In this document: positions 56,015-64,000 of the stretch, piece by piece
Numbering within the stretch: position 1 is the stretch's first letter
Layout of the letters: every line of letters starts with the position of its first letter
Assembly: GCA_052389935.1 (NCBI GenBank)
Contig: JBQTHK010000032.1
Coordinates: forward strand, 48,084 to 112,083
Direction: 5' to 3'
DNA from: Gemmatimonadota bacterium
GTDB lineage: Bacteria > Gemmatimonadota > Gemmatimonadetes > Gemmatimonadales > Gemmatimonadaceae
DNA length: 64,000 bases
Made by a program: the position numbers and the translations under genes
Notes under the pieces: model-generated
Databases searched by the model: none
What the model saw: the letters and a program-made list of their open reading frames with translations, nothing else
Told to the model about the DNA's origin: nothing

Positions 56015-56790
56015 CGGAGTTCGGGAACGCCGAGGGCGCTGCGCAACTCCTCAGCGAGAGCAAGGTTGGTGGCCACAGCATCGCTACCGGCAAGAGAATG
56101 GCGGCCGTTGAAGTCAGTGAAGACGCCGCCCGCCTCACGCATGATCGGCATGAGAGCGGCAGCGTCCCATGGAGAAAGCCGGTCGTCGACCATCAACTCT
56201 GCCTGGCCCGACGCTACAAGAGTGTAGCCGTAGCAGTCACCCCAGGTGCGTGACACGCTGGCGCGAAGGGAAAGCTCACCCCAGCGCGAGCGCCGTGAGG
56301 GACTGGACGGGAACCGGTCATCGGTGGTGAGGACAGTTGCGTCCTCGATCGCCGAGACATCGGAGACCCGGCACCGTGCATTGTTGAGCCAGCAGCCGAG
56401 ATCGTCCGCGGCAGTCATCAACACCCCGGCTGCGGCGCAGCAGATCGCTCCGGCGATCACGCGCCCCTGTTCCTCGACAGCTACCATCGAACCCCAGAGT
56501 GGTACACCTCTGACGAACGACTTCGTACCGTCGATGGGGTCGATGAGCCAGCGTCGACCGGTCGTTCCGACCTGTGTTCGCAGCTCCTCACCCACAATCC
56601 CGTCGTCGGGGAATTCGGCAAGGATGCGTGAGCGGGCGGCACGTTCGGCTTCCCGGTCAGCTTCGGTAACCGGGCTGCCGTCAGCCTTGGACTCCACTAC
56701 GATCTGACGGCGGAAATAACCGAGTGCGACCTCGCCAGCGGCGGCTGCAGCCGCGGCGACAGCTTCGAGGAGGATGGCGGCCGAGCTCAC
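56011..56790 (-). CDS. hisN: inositol-monophosphatase-family histidinol-phosphatase
   Basis: IMPase motifs (WLIDPIDGTKSFVRG, WDAAA). Embedded between hisF and hisIE with 4-nt overlaps. hisB here is IGPD-only. Confidence 0.75.
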   Translation of the reverse strand: MSSAAILLEAVAAAAAAAGEVALGYFRRQIVVESKADGSPVTEADREAERAARSRILAEFPDDGIVGEELRTQVGTTGRRWLIDPIDGTKSFVRGVPLWGSMVAVEEQGRVIAGAICCAAAGVLMTAADDLGCWLNNARCRVSDVSAIEDATVLTTDDRFPSSPSRRSRWGELSLRASVSRTWGDCYGYTLVASGQAELMVDDRLSPWDAAALMPIMREAGGVFTDFNGRHSLAGSDAVATNLALAEELRSALGVPELR

Positions 56791-57548
56791 GCGGCCGTCC
56801 TGCGAATTTCGAAGCCGGCGTTGGCCATGGCCTCCTTGATGACCGTCACGGTAACTACCTGGTCGTGGAGGATGCCGGCTACGAGTGCAGCCTCGGCGCC
56901 GGCGTGGAGAACTTCGGGGACGTGATCAGGCAGGCCCGCGCCACCCGATGCAACGACAGGGATGTCGACCACTCGCGCGACGGCGCGCGTCAACTCGATG
57001 TCATAGCCGGAGCGAGCGCCGTCGCAGTCGATACTGGTAAGGATGATCTCGCCAGCGCCACGTTCGGCGCAGACGCGAGCCCACTCGACAGCGTCGATGT
57101 TGACCGCACGGCGACCGCCGTGAGTCCTGACACACCATCCAGTGTGCGTCGCTGCGGCGTCGATGCTGGCCACAACACACTGGCTGCCGAATTCGAGCGC
57201 GGCTTCGTCGATCAGAGCCGGTCGTTCGATCGCGGCGGTGTTGACGCAGACCTTGTCTGCGCCCGCCCGCAGGGCGCGGTTGAAATCCGACAGGCTCGAA
57301 ATGCCGCCGCCAACCGCGAGCGGCACAAACAGAGCGCCTGCCGTGCGAGAAACCGTATCGAACGTGGTTTCGCGTCCGGTTACAGTAGCCGAAATGTCCA
57401 GAAAGACGATTTCGTCAATGCCCTCGCTCTCGTAGCGTGCCGCCAGTTCGGGTGGATCGCCGACATCGCGCAGGTCGACGAACCGCCGCCCCTTGACCAC
57501 CCTGCCACTGCTGACGTCGAGGCAGGCTATCAATCGTTTGGCCAGCAT
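56787..57548 (-). CDS. hisF: imidazole glycerol phosphate synthase cyclase subunit
   Basis: KRLIACLDV..GRVVKG, and the PLAVGGGI and VASGGAG phosphate-binding motifs. Confidence 0.95.
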   Translation of the reverse strand: MLAKRLIACLDVSSGRVVKGRRFVDLRDVGDPPELAARYESEGIDEIVFLDISATVTGRETTFDTVSRTAGALFVPLAVGGGISSLSDFNRALRAGADKVCVNTAAIERPALIDEAALEFGSQCVVASIDAAATHTGWCVRTHGGRRAVNIDAVEWARVCAERGAGEIILTSIDCDGARSGYDIELTRAVARVVDIPVVASGGAGLPDHVPEVLHAGAEAALVAGILHDQVVTVTVIKEAMANAGFEIRRTAA

Positions 57549-58093
57549 CAGGTGCCGACCTCTCCATCGCGCTCCACAACGACGACTCCCTTGGTGCTGA
57601 AAAGGGTGGAACGGGTCGACATCGCGACATCAAGTGCCCGGCCGAGCGCCTTGAACGCGGCTTCGACAATGTGATGCCGGTCGCTGCCTCTGATGACACG
57701 AACGTGAAGGGTGATACCGGCGTTGATGGCAAACGAGCGCATCCAGTGGTCATAAAGGGTCGACGGAAGCGGGCCTTCGTAATGCGACCTGCCACCGGCG
57801 TCGACGACGACCTGCACGAGCGCGTCGTCCATGGCAATGGTGCTCTCTCCGTACCTTGCCGCACGCGCCGGAAGCGCGTCACGGATGAGTGTGCCGAGCG
57901 TGATGGCGACGTCTTCGATTAGGTGGTGTTTGAGATCGCCCCTGGCCTTTACGACGAACCCGAGGCCGGAGTGCAGGGCCAGCGTGGCGAGCATGTGATC
58001 GAGAAACGGCACGCCTGAAGTGATCTCGATGCGCGAAGGTTCAGTAATCTCGATGGAAACATCGGTTTCGCGTGTTCGGCGTCTCAGAATCAT
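57548..58093 (-). CDS. hisB: imidazoleglycerol-phosphate dehydratase (monofunctional)
   Basis: RRTRETDVSIEI, HHLIEDVAITLG, HHIVEAAFKALG. Confidence 0.9.
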   Translation of the reverse strand: MILRRRTRETDVSIEITEPSRIEITSGVPFLDHMLATLALHSGLGFVVKARGDLKHHLIEDVAITLGTLIRDALPARAARYGESTIAMDDALVQVVVDAGGRSHYEGPLPSTLYDHWMRSFAINAGITLHVRVIRGSDRHHIVEAAFKALGRALDVAMSTRSTLFSTKGVVVVERDGEVGT

Positions 58094-58800
58094 TGGCAGA
58101 ACTCGTTCGCAACCGCAGCCGGATCAAGTGCGCCCGAATAGAGAGCCATTCCCACGACGGCCGCGCTTACTCCCCGTTCATCGAGAGCACGGAGATCGGA
58201 CATATCGGCAATGCCTCCGGCAACGATCAGCGGAAGCTGGACTTGTTCCAGAACTTCTTCGACGAGGTGGAGGTCGGTTCCCGACTGGAGGCCCTCGCGA
58301 TGTACGGCAGTGACCATGACGGCCGCGAGTTCGAGCCCGTTTATCTCATCGAGCAGGGAGGGAAGATCAGTTTGGAGGGCACGCTGCCAACCTTCGATGA
58401 CGACGCGACGTTCCCTGACGTCGACGGCGAGGATGATGTGGCCGGGGTGGACCGAGCAGAGCTCGGAGAGCCAGTCGAAGTCCGAGACGGCGCGGGTTCC
58501 GACGATCACGGCCTCGGCGCCTGCGTCGAGCAATCGGCTGACATCCGCGGTCGAGCGCAAGCCTCCCCCGACCTGAACTGTCAGCGGCTCCCGCAGCAGA
58601 TCTTCGACAAGAGCCCGATTGCCTCCGTGAGCGGTCGCGGCATCGAGATCGACGACGTGCAGCCGCTGGAATCCGAGCCGGCTCCAGTCGCGCGCAACTG
58701 CAACGGGGTCGGAGAGCCTGATTCGCTCGCGCTTGTAGTCACCTCCCACAAGCTGGACGCAAGTACCGGAACGCAGGTCGATGGCAGGAATGGCGAGCAT
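58090..58800 (-). CDS. hisA: 1-(5-phosphoribosyl)-5-[(5-phosphoribosylamino)methylideneamino]imidazole-4-carboxamide isomerase
   Basis: IPAIDLRSGTCVQLVGGDY, VQVGGGLRS. Confidence 0.92.
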   Translation of the reverse strand: MLAIPAIDLRSGTCVQLVGGDYKRERIRLSDPVAVARDWSRLGFQRLHVVDLDAATAHGGNRALVEDLLREPLTVQVGGGLRSTADVSRLLDAGAEAVIVGTRAVSDFDWLSELCSVHPGHIILAVDVRERRVVIEGWQRALQTDLPSLLDEINGLELAAVMVTAVHREGLQSGTDLHLVEEVLEQVQLPLIVAGGIADMSDLRALDERGVSAAVVGMALYSGALDPAAVANEFCQ

Positions 58801-59393
58801 CAGTGGCTGGAATCGAGGAAACTGCGAATGAAGGCGAGGCCGGGTCGGGAGCTCTTTTCGGGATGAAACTGGACTCCAACTGTCCGATGCATGCGCACCG
58901 CCGCGGGGAACCGGTCGCCCTGGTGCTCTGACCAGGCAATCACCACATCCGCCGAGGTCGGGCGTGCTGCAAAGGAGTTGGCGTAGTAGGCCCGGGAGAG
59001 CCCTGAACCGATCAGCAGCGGGTCACCGACATCGTCGAGAGAGTTCCACCCCATCTGTGGAACGGAACGCGCCGAAAGTCGCGTGACGCGACCATCAATC
59101 AGCCCGATCCCCTCACCAGGCCCCTCATCGCTCTCCACGAAGAGCAATTGCATCCCGAGGCAGATCGCGAGGCAGGGGAGGCCGCCGGCAAGACGTTCAC
59201 GCAGGATAGTGCGTGAACCGGCGATTCCGCTGGCGGCTCTGGCAAACGAACCGACACCGGGGAGAACCAGCGCGTCGGTCGCGAGGGCGCGGCGGATATC
59301 GCTCTCCACCCGGATCGTGACGCCAGCCGCCACAATCGCCTTGGACAGTGAATGGAGGTTTCCGGTGCCGTAATCGAGAATCGTCACTATCAT
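58800..59393 (-). CDS. hisH: imidazole glycerol phosphate synthase glutamine amidotransferase subunit
   Basis: ILDYGTGNLHSL, LPGVGSF, ICLGMQLL, FHPEKS. Confidence 0.93.
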   Translation of the reverse strand: MIVTILDYGTGNLHSLSKAIVAAGVTIRVESDIRRALATDALVLPGVGSFARAASGIAGSRTILRERLAGGLPCLAICLGMQLLFVESDEGPGEGIGLIDGRVTRLSARSVPQMGWNSLDDVGDPLLIGSGLSRAYYANSFAARPTSADVVIAWSEHQGDRFPAAVRMHRTVGVQFHPEKSSRPGLAFIRSFLDSSH

Positions 59394-60439
59394 CGCACGG
59401 CATCGAGAAGGAGAGGAGTGACGATCTGCATCTGCTCCGGAGTACCAACCGTTACGCGGAGGGCGTCACCGATCGAGCATAGATCATTGAACGGGCGCAC
59501 GAGTATGCCGCGATGGGCGAGGTCGCGGGCACGTGCAATCGCATTGGAAACGGGCACGAGAACAAAGTTCGCCGCAGATTCCGGGACCTTGATGTCGGAC
59601 GCGCGCAGAGTCGCCATCAACCGGTCCCGGGCCGCGGCCACGACCTCGACACCTCGGCGCATCCATGCCTGATCGCTGGCGAGAGCGCTCTGGGCGGCGC
59701 GTTCGCTTACCGTGCTGACGGTAAATGGGCCACGAGCCTTCTCGAGCTCGCGAATGATCCTGCGGTCTGCGACGGCGAAGCCGACCCGAAAACCGGCCAT
59801 GCCGAAGGCTTTGGACATGGTGCGGTACACGACGAGTCGACCGTGGGCGGGGGCGAGTCGGGCGATATTGGTGCCTGCAAACTCCGCGTAGGCTTCGTCG
59901 ATGATGAGCGTGCCCGAAACCTGATCGAGGGCCGATGCAAGTTCAGCTGCTTCGAGTTGCAGTCCGGTCGGATTGTTAGGCGTGCAGATTACGGTCAGGG
60001 CCGCGCGGGTCCTTACAAGGCCGTCGACGTCGATGTGACCGCCGGCGCGGACGGGCACGAGAGTGGGGTTGAGGGAGTTCGTGATTGCAAAAAGCCTGGT
60101 CATCACGAATGTCGGGTCAGCCATTGCCACCGAGGCCCCCGGGTCGGCGAGCGCCCTGAAGGCACAACTCATGGCTTCATCCGAGCCAGCGGTCGCCAGG
60201 ACCTCATCGGGCCGGACACCGACATAAGCTGCGAAGGCTTCACGCAGCTCGGACGACCAGGCTGTCGGATACCCGGCGAGCCGATGGCTTATCGTATCGA
60301 GGGCAGTCGCAAGCGCCGACGGCGGAACTCCGAAGGGCAGTGTGTTGTCAGTCAGCCTGATGGTTCCGCTGTCCGGTTCGGCGGAGTGGATGGGGACGCC
60401 GGCGTAGGCAGCGCGCGGTGCGAAGGGGAGCGCGTTCAC
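59390..60439 (-). CDS. hisC: histidinol-phosphate aminotransferase
   Basis: TPNNPTG, and RTMSKAFGMAGFRVGF (PLP lysine). Confidence 0.9.
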   Translation of the reverse strand: MNALPFAPRAAYAGVPIHSAEPDSGTIRLTDNTLPFGVPPSALATALDTISHRLAGYPTAWSSELREAFAAYVGVRPDEVLATAGSDEAMSCAFRALADPGASVAMADPTFVMTRLFAITNSLNPTLVPVRAGGHIDVDGLVRTRAALTVICTPNNPTGLQLEAAELASALDQVSGTLIIDEAYAEFAGTNIARLAPAHGRLVVYRTMSKAFGMAGFRVGFAVADRRIIRELEKARGPFTVSTVSERAAQSALASDQAWMRRGVEVVAAARDRLMATLRASDIKVPESAANFVLVPVSNAIARARDLAHRGILVRPFNDLCSIGDALRVTVGTPEQMQIVTPLLLDAVR

Positions 60440-61746
60440 GTTGACACCCCACGAAACGCCGCGGCTGCTCTCGCGTGAGCATCGAGGCCCTCGGCGCTGG
60501 CGAGGATTTCGACGTCTGAGGCCATTGCGGCGGCCGCCGGCGCGCTCACGGTCTGGACGCTGGTCCAGCGAAGGAAGTCGAAGACCGAAAGCCCCGAATA
60601 CGAACGTGCGGCTCCGCCAGTAGGGAGAGTGTGGTTGGCACCAGTCATGTAGTCACCAAACACGACGGAGCTGGAGTGCCCCACGAATATTGCTCCTGTT
60701 GTGCAGAGCCTGTCAGCGAACGACCGCGGATCGCCAACGGCGAGGACGACATGCTCAGCCGCCCAGTAATTGGCGAATGCGAGGGCGGCTTCAGGACTGT
60801 CGGTGGTGAGAAGGGCGCCGCGGCTGGCCAGCGCCTTGCGCACGATCGTGGCACGTGCCGTGGCACGCGACTGAAGCCGCAGCGACTCTTCAACGCGTGC
60901 CGCGAGCTCATCGCCGATAATGACTGCGATGACTGCCGCTCGCTCGTCGTGTTCCGCCTGAGCGACAAGCTCGCGCGCGACGAACTCTGGTTCGGCGCTG
61001 CCGTCGGCGATAACGAGAACTTCGGACGGGCCAGCCGGGGCGTCGATCGCAACGCGGTTGGAAACAAGCGTCTTGGCGGCGGCGACCCAGGCATTCCCCG
61101 GGCCAACGATGCGATCCACCCGGGGCACCGAGTCCGTGCCGAAGGCGAGAGCGGCGATGGCGCCGGCACCACCGACAGCAAAGAGCCGGGAAACGCCGGC
61201 AAGCTCGCACGCTGCCATTACAAGGTCAGCAGGACGGCCGGTGCCGCGACCCGGCGGTGAACATACGACTACGGAGGCGACCCCGGCGATCCGCGCCGGG
61301 ATCGCACCCATGAGCAGGGAGCTGGGATAAGATGCCTTGCCGCCAGGCACATAAACTCCAGCGCTCGCGAGGGGCTTCGGAATCCACTCGACAGTCACGC
61401 CCGGCTCGACTGCAACTGATACCGCCGACGGCAGCTGAGCGTGGTGGACCAGTGTCAGGTTCGACATCAATCGCTCCAGACCTCGCACCACTCCGGGGTC
61501 GGTGCGGTCGAGGGAACGTTTCCACTCGGTGCGATCGACCTCGAGCGATTCGAGTTTCACGCCATCGTACTCCCGCGCGAGTGATTTCAGGGCGTCATCG
61601 CCCTGGGTGCGGACCGCGTCGATGATTGAGGCGGCGAGATCCCGGACGAGGTCATCATCACTCTGCTCGCGATCAAGCAGCTGTCGCAACCGCAAAGGAT
61701 CGAGCTCGGCGAGTTTCCCCGTGAAGCGGAGAAGAGGTACGCTCAC
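60436..61746 (-). CDS. hisD: histidinol dehydrogenase
   Basis: 436 aa with AGPSEVLVIAD, QAEHD, GDYMTGANHTLPT. Confidence 0.95.
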   Translation of the reverse strand: MSVPLLRFTGKLAELDPLRLRQLLDREQSDDDLVRDLAASIIDAVRTQGDDALKSLAREYDGVKLESLEVDRTEWKRSLDRTDPGVVRGLERLMSNLTLVHHAQLPSAVSVAVEPGVTVEWIPKPLASAGVYVPGGKASYPSSLLMGAIPARIAGVASVVVCSPPGRGTGRPADLVMAACELAGVSRLFAVGGAGAIAALAFGTDSVPRVDRIVGPGNAWVAAAKTLVSNRVAIDAPAGPSEVLVIADGSAEPEFVARELVAQAEHDERAAVIAVIIGDELAARVEESLRLQSRATARATIVRKALASRGALLTTDSPEAALAFANYWAAEHVVLAVGDPRSFADRLCTTGAIFVGHSSSVVFGDYMTGANHTLPTGGAARSYSGLSVFDFLRWTSVQTVSAPAAAAMASDVEILASAEGLDAHARAAAAFRGVST

Positions 61747-62597
61747 GGCACGAGCCTCTCGATTCGGGTCACGAGGATGCCTTCGGCACCTAACGACCGA
61801 AGTGAGGAAACGGTGGTATAAATCGAGGATGCGTTGACGACTGCGTGGACTGCCACGTGTCCGGACCCGGGAATGTCGGTTACGGTCGGGCCGTTAAGTC
61901 CAGGCAGCACGGCCCGGACCTCCTGCAAGCGGCTGCGTGGCACGTTGGCCATCAAGTAGCGGCGGGTGCGCGCGCGGAGAACCGACTTCAGGGCGAGGTC
62001 GAGCTCCTCGAGGGCAGGTCTGAGTTCCTCGGGGAGAAGTGTGGTTGCGACGAGCCGAGCCGAGGAATCGAGGATGGTCGAGACTTCGGCCAGGCCATTC
62101 ATGCGCAACGTTGAACCGGTGGACGCGATGTCCACAATCAGGTCGGCGATGCCGAGGTGCGGGGCTGCTTCCGTCGCTCCACTGACAGGAACCACTTCGA
62201 CAGGAATGCCAAGCTCCGCGAAGTATCGGGTCGTTATGCGTGTAAACACCGTTGCGACACGCGAGTGAGGGGGGATATCCGCGACATCGCGAACGCCGCT
62301 CCCGGACCTCGCGGCAAGGACCAGGCGACAACCACCGAAGCCGAGGTCCTGCACACACGAAACGTCTCGTCCGGACTCGCAAACAAGATCCCACCCGGTG
62401 ACACCCGCGTCTGCAGCGCCGTCGGCGACAAACTCGGGGATGTCCTGCGCGCGGACAAAAAGGATACGCATGCCGTTGGCGAGCGATGCTATCAGTGACC
62501 TGTCGTCGGCGGCACCAAGGTCGAGGCCGGCGTCACGAAAGAGCTCGCGCGTCTCCTGAGCCATGCGGCCTTTGCCGGGAAGTGCGATAGTCAGCAT
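61743..62597 (-). CDS. hisG: ATP phosphoribosyltransferase, long form
   Basis: MLTIALPGKGRMAQETRELFRDAGL, DLIVDIASTGSTLR, and a C-terminal regulatory domain. The ATG at 62597 is preferred to the track start at 62627. Confidence 0.92.
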   Translation of the reverse strand: MLTIALPGKGRMAQETRELFRDAGLDLGAADDRSLIASLANGMRILFVRAQDIPEFVADGAADAGVTGWDLVCESGRDVSCVQDLGFGGCRLVLAARSGSGVRDVADIPPHSRVATVFTRITTRYFAELGIPVEVVPVSGATEAAPHLGIADLIVDIASTGSTLRMNGLAEVSTILDSSARLVATTLLPEELRPALEELDLALKSVLRARTRRYLMANVPRSRLQEVRAVLPGLNGPTVTDIPGSGHVAVHAVVNASSIYTTVSSLRSLGAEGILVTRIERLVP

Positions 62598-62625
62598 AAA
62601 AAAAAGGCCCGTCCAGAGACGGGCC
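62598..62625 (-). terminator. intrinsic terminator/attenuator hairpin abutting the hisG start codon
   Basis: Minus strand reads GGCCCGUC-UCUG-GACGGGCC followed by U8, then immediately the hisG AUG. No minus-strand gene lies upstream that it could terminate. Confidence 0.6.
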
Positions 62626-62663
62626 ACAGAAAGAGTTCGGGGAGGGGGTCAGGTCAACTGACT

Positions 62664-62747
62664 CTACCGCGCGAACACCTCGCCGCAGCCCGGGTAGGGC
62701 TGATGGGTGTGGCTGAAGGCGTGGTGGAGCGAGGCGGATTGAAGCAT
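62664..62747 (-). CDS. candidate his operon leader peptide (27 aa, 4 His codons in 8)
   Basis: Own translation: MLQSASLHHAFSHTHQPYPGCGEVFAR*. Preceded by TTGACC-17 nt-TACGTT (62785-62757) and followed by the terminator. Confidence 0.45.
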   Translation of the reverse strand: MLQSASLHHAFSHTHQPYPGCGEVFAR

Positions 62748-62815
62748 GAGGGGCGGAACGTAGCGGACAGCGGCAGGGCGGTCAATACGGAGCCACCACT
62801 ACACATCCGGCCAGC

Positions 62816-62833
62816 TTGTGAATAAATTCACAA
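62816..62833. promoter_or_regulatory. perfect 18-bp palindrome TTGTGAATAAATTCACAA (CRP/FNR-family-type site TGTGA-N6-TCACA)
   Basis: AT-rich perfect inverted repeat in the divergent hisG-leader/cupredoxin intergenic region, centred about 76 bp upstream of the cupredoxin ATG. Confidence 0.5.
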
Positions 62834-62900
62834 TACCGGCAAGACCGAGTTCCGGAGACAGCAAACCACGACCGAACCGTAGGCTCTGGAGGCCTGAAGA

Positions 62901-63398
62901 ATGCGCACTACCGGCTTTGCACTGATTGCGACCGCCATCCTGACCGCCTGCGGCGGCGGTGGAGATAGCGCTCCCGCCGACACCAGCGCGGCGATGCCTG
63001 CGACCACGCCGGCCGCAACGACGCCCACTGCCACCGGCACTGCCACGGCAGCACCGATCACCGGCACCACTCATGAAGTCCGTATGGTCGGTGATGAGAA
63101 GGGATATCGTTTTGAGCCCGTGACGCTGACCGTAAGGGCGGGCGATGGGGTCAAGTTCATCAACGTTTCCGGCTTTCCGCACAACATCGCGTTCGATGCG
63201 GCGATGACGCCAGAAGACGTGAAGCCGCAGATCATCGCCAACATCCCGAACGGCACGCCGGACATGTCGTCGCCGATGATGATGACGCCGAACGAGACGT
63301 GGACGGTGTCCCTCGGCAACGTCAGACCCGGCACGTACAGCCTCATCTGCACGCCGCACCTGGCGATGGGGATGAAGATGGATCTGATCGTCCAGTAG
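62901..63398 (+). CDS. plastocyanin/pseudoazurin-like type 1 blue copper protein, lipoprotein
   Basis: Lipobox LIATAILTACGGGG, an Ala/Thr/Pro linker, and copper ligands H...C-x2-H-x4-M (FPHN..., CTPHLAMGM). Confidence 0.85.
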   Translation: MRTTGFALIATAILTACGGGGDSAPADTSAAMPATTPAATTPTATGTATAAPITGTTHEVRMVGDEKGYRFEPVTLTVRAGDGVKFINVSGFPHNIAFDAAMTPEDVKPQIIANIPNGTPDMSSPMMMTPNETWTVSLGNVRPGTYSLICTPHLAMGMKMDLIVQ

Positions 63399-63419
63399 TT
63401 CGCAGCATCGGCGAACTGA

Positions 63420-63446
63420 CAGGGTGCCGAAAGGCACCCTGTTTTT
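63420..63446 (+). terminator. rho-independent terminator after the cupredoxin gene
   Basis: 9-bp stem cagggtgcc/ggcaccctg, GAAA loop, followed by ttttt. Confidence 0.75.
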
Positions 63447-63485
63447 ACGAGAGGGGGCTCCGGTCTATAGTTCGGTGAGCAACCA

Positions 63486-64000
63486 ATGCCGACGAGTCTG
63501 ACAACGAGCACGGGATCCCGGTCGCGCCGGATGAGACTTCCGTCGCGCTCGCAGTGGTCTGGGGCGCGGGCGGCCAACGTGCTGAGGCGGCCGCTCCAAC
63601 TCGCGACAACAGCGGTGCTGGCTTTTGTTGCGATCCTTGCCGTCTATCTGCTGCTGCCGGCAGCGCAGCCCGCGGTCGACGTCCGCTCAGTGCAGCGGCC
63701 TGACACCATGTTGTTTAAGTGGCGTGAGAGGGGGGCGGCGGATCGTTCCGCCGAGGCGGAGGCTGCGCTGGCGAGGCGGCGGGCGCTTTACAGCGAATCG
63801 CTGCGAGAGAGAGCAACGCTGGTCGCGGCGGCGACGACGAGTGCGCGGCGGGATTCGATCACGGCGGTAATGGCCGGTCTGGCTGGTCTCGTGGTTCGCG
63901 CCGAGACCGCGCCACTGCCCGAAACCTACAAGGCACTTGCTGCCGATCCCGAACTGGGCGGGCGGGCCGAGGTTCGCGCGTTGGTGGATTCGCTGGACGG
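63486..64000 (+). CDS. hypothetical membrane-anchored protein, N-terminal part (open to window end)
   Basis: Own translation from the ATG at 63486: MPTSLTTSTGSRSRRMRLPSRSQWSGARAANVLRRPLQLATTAVLAFVAILAVYLLLP... There is no stop before 64000 and GC3 is strong. Absent from the ORF track because it lacks a stop. Confidence 0.5.
   Translation, partial: MPTSLTTSTGSRSRRMRLPSRSQWSGARAANVLRRPLQLATTAVLAFVAILAVYLLLPAAQPAVDVRSVQRPDTMLFKWRERGAADRSAEAEAALARRRALYSESLRERATLVAAATTSARRDSITAVMAGLAGLVVRAETAPLPETYKALAADPELGGRAEVRALVDSLD

Noticed and set aside
59513-60478. 321-aa plus-strand ORF
   Set aside because: Antisense to hisC. Shadow ORF.
62799-63577. Minus-strand ORFs 62799..63437 (212 aa) and 63071..63577 (168 aa)
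   Set aside because: Antisense to the cupredoxin CDS and its terminator. Arg/Gly/His-rich shadow frames.
63625-63870. 81-aa plus-strand track ORF
   Set aside because: It is out of frame with, and nested inside, the longer open frame starting at 63486, which has better codon bias and a TM helix.
1-64000. Scan for CRISPR arrays, IS elements, integrases, rRNA and tRNA genes
   Set aside because: None seen. There are no regularly spaced direct repeats, no transposase or integrase-like translations, and no rRNA or tRNA signatures in the intergenic regions I could read.

Overview
High-GC (roughly mid-60s percent by eye, not computed) bacterial chromosomal segment around the replication origin. It is almost entirely core housekeeping. 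Gene order: mutS (partial), a SPOR/TPR protein, holA, an ECF sigma/anti-sigma pair, a NUDIX/M16/M16/DUF218 operon, a beta-CASP MBL hydrolase, upp, then mnmE-yidC-yidD-rnpA-rpmH divergent from dnaA-dnaN. These are followed by RNase P RNA, an AraC-type regulator, pyrE plus a Ser/Thr kinase, a GWxTD protein, a cold-shock gene, polA, an orphan type IV pilin, a PlsC-like acyltransferase and MFS transporters. Next comes a long minus-strand gene train: parA-parB-bactofilin-BMP binding protein-NIF3-ABC ATPase-MFS-two permeases. After that: a GT-C-like membrane protein, mnmG, an ABC-F ATPase, TerC, an aminotransferase, murB, a second M16 pair, a complete nine-gene his operon (hisG-D-C-H-A-B-F-N-IE) and a lipoprotein cupredoxin. 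I saw no transposase, integrase, prophage, CRISPR array, rRNA or tRNA gene, and no convincing novel multi-gene system such as a defence island. Two genes missing from the ORF track were read directly from the sequence: rpmH (53 aa) and a type-A RNase P RNA (rnpB). The most interesting observations are regulatory or sequence-level. (1) A His-codon-rich leader ORF plus terminator abuts the hisG ATG. (2) A perfect TGTGA-N6-TCACA palindrome lies next to it. (3) A single palindromic parS sits upstream of parA in about 600 bp of unassigned DNA, at the position where rsmG normally sits. (4) A bactofilin gene appears coupled to parAB. (5) DnaA boxes lie on both sides of dnaA. (6) Five genes (rnpA, TerC, PlsC-like, YheT-like hydrolase, a lipoprotein) have family-typical N-termini encoded upstream of any ATG/GTG/TTG, leaving only ATA/ATC or CTG as possible starts. 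All family assignments come from motif recognition in translations; no database search or RNA folding was run. Phylum is not established; the gene content (GWxTD, bactofilin, SPOR, pilin) is merely compatible with Gemmatimonadota-like or related lineages.
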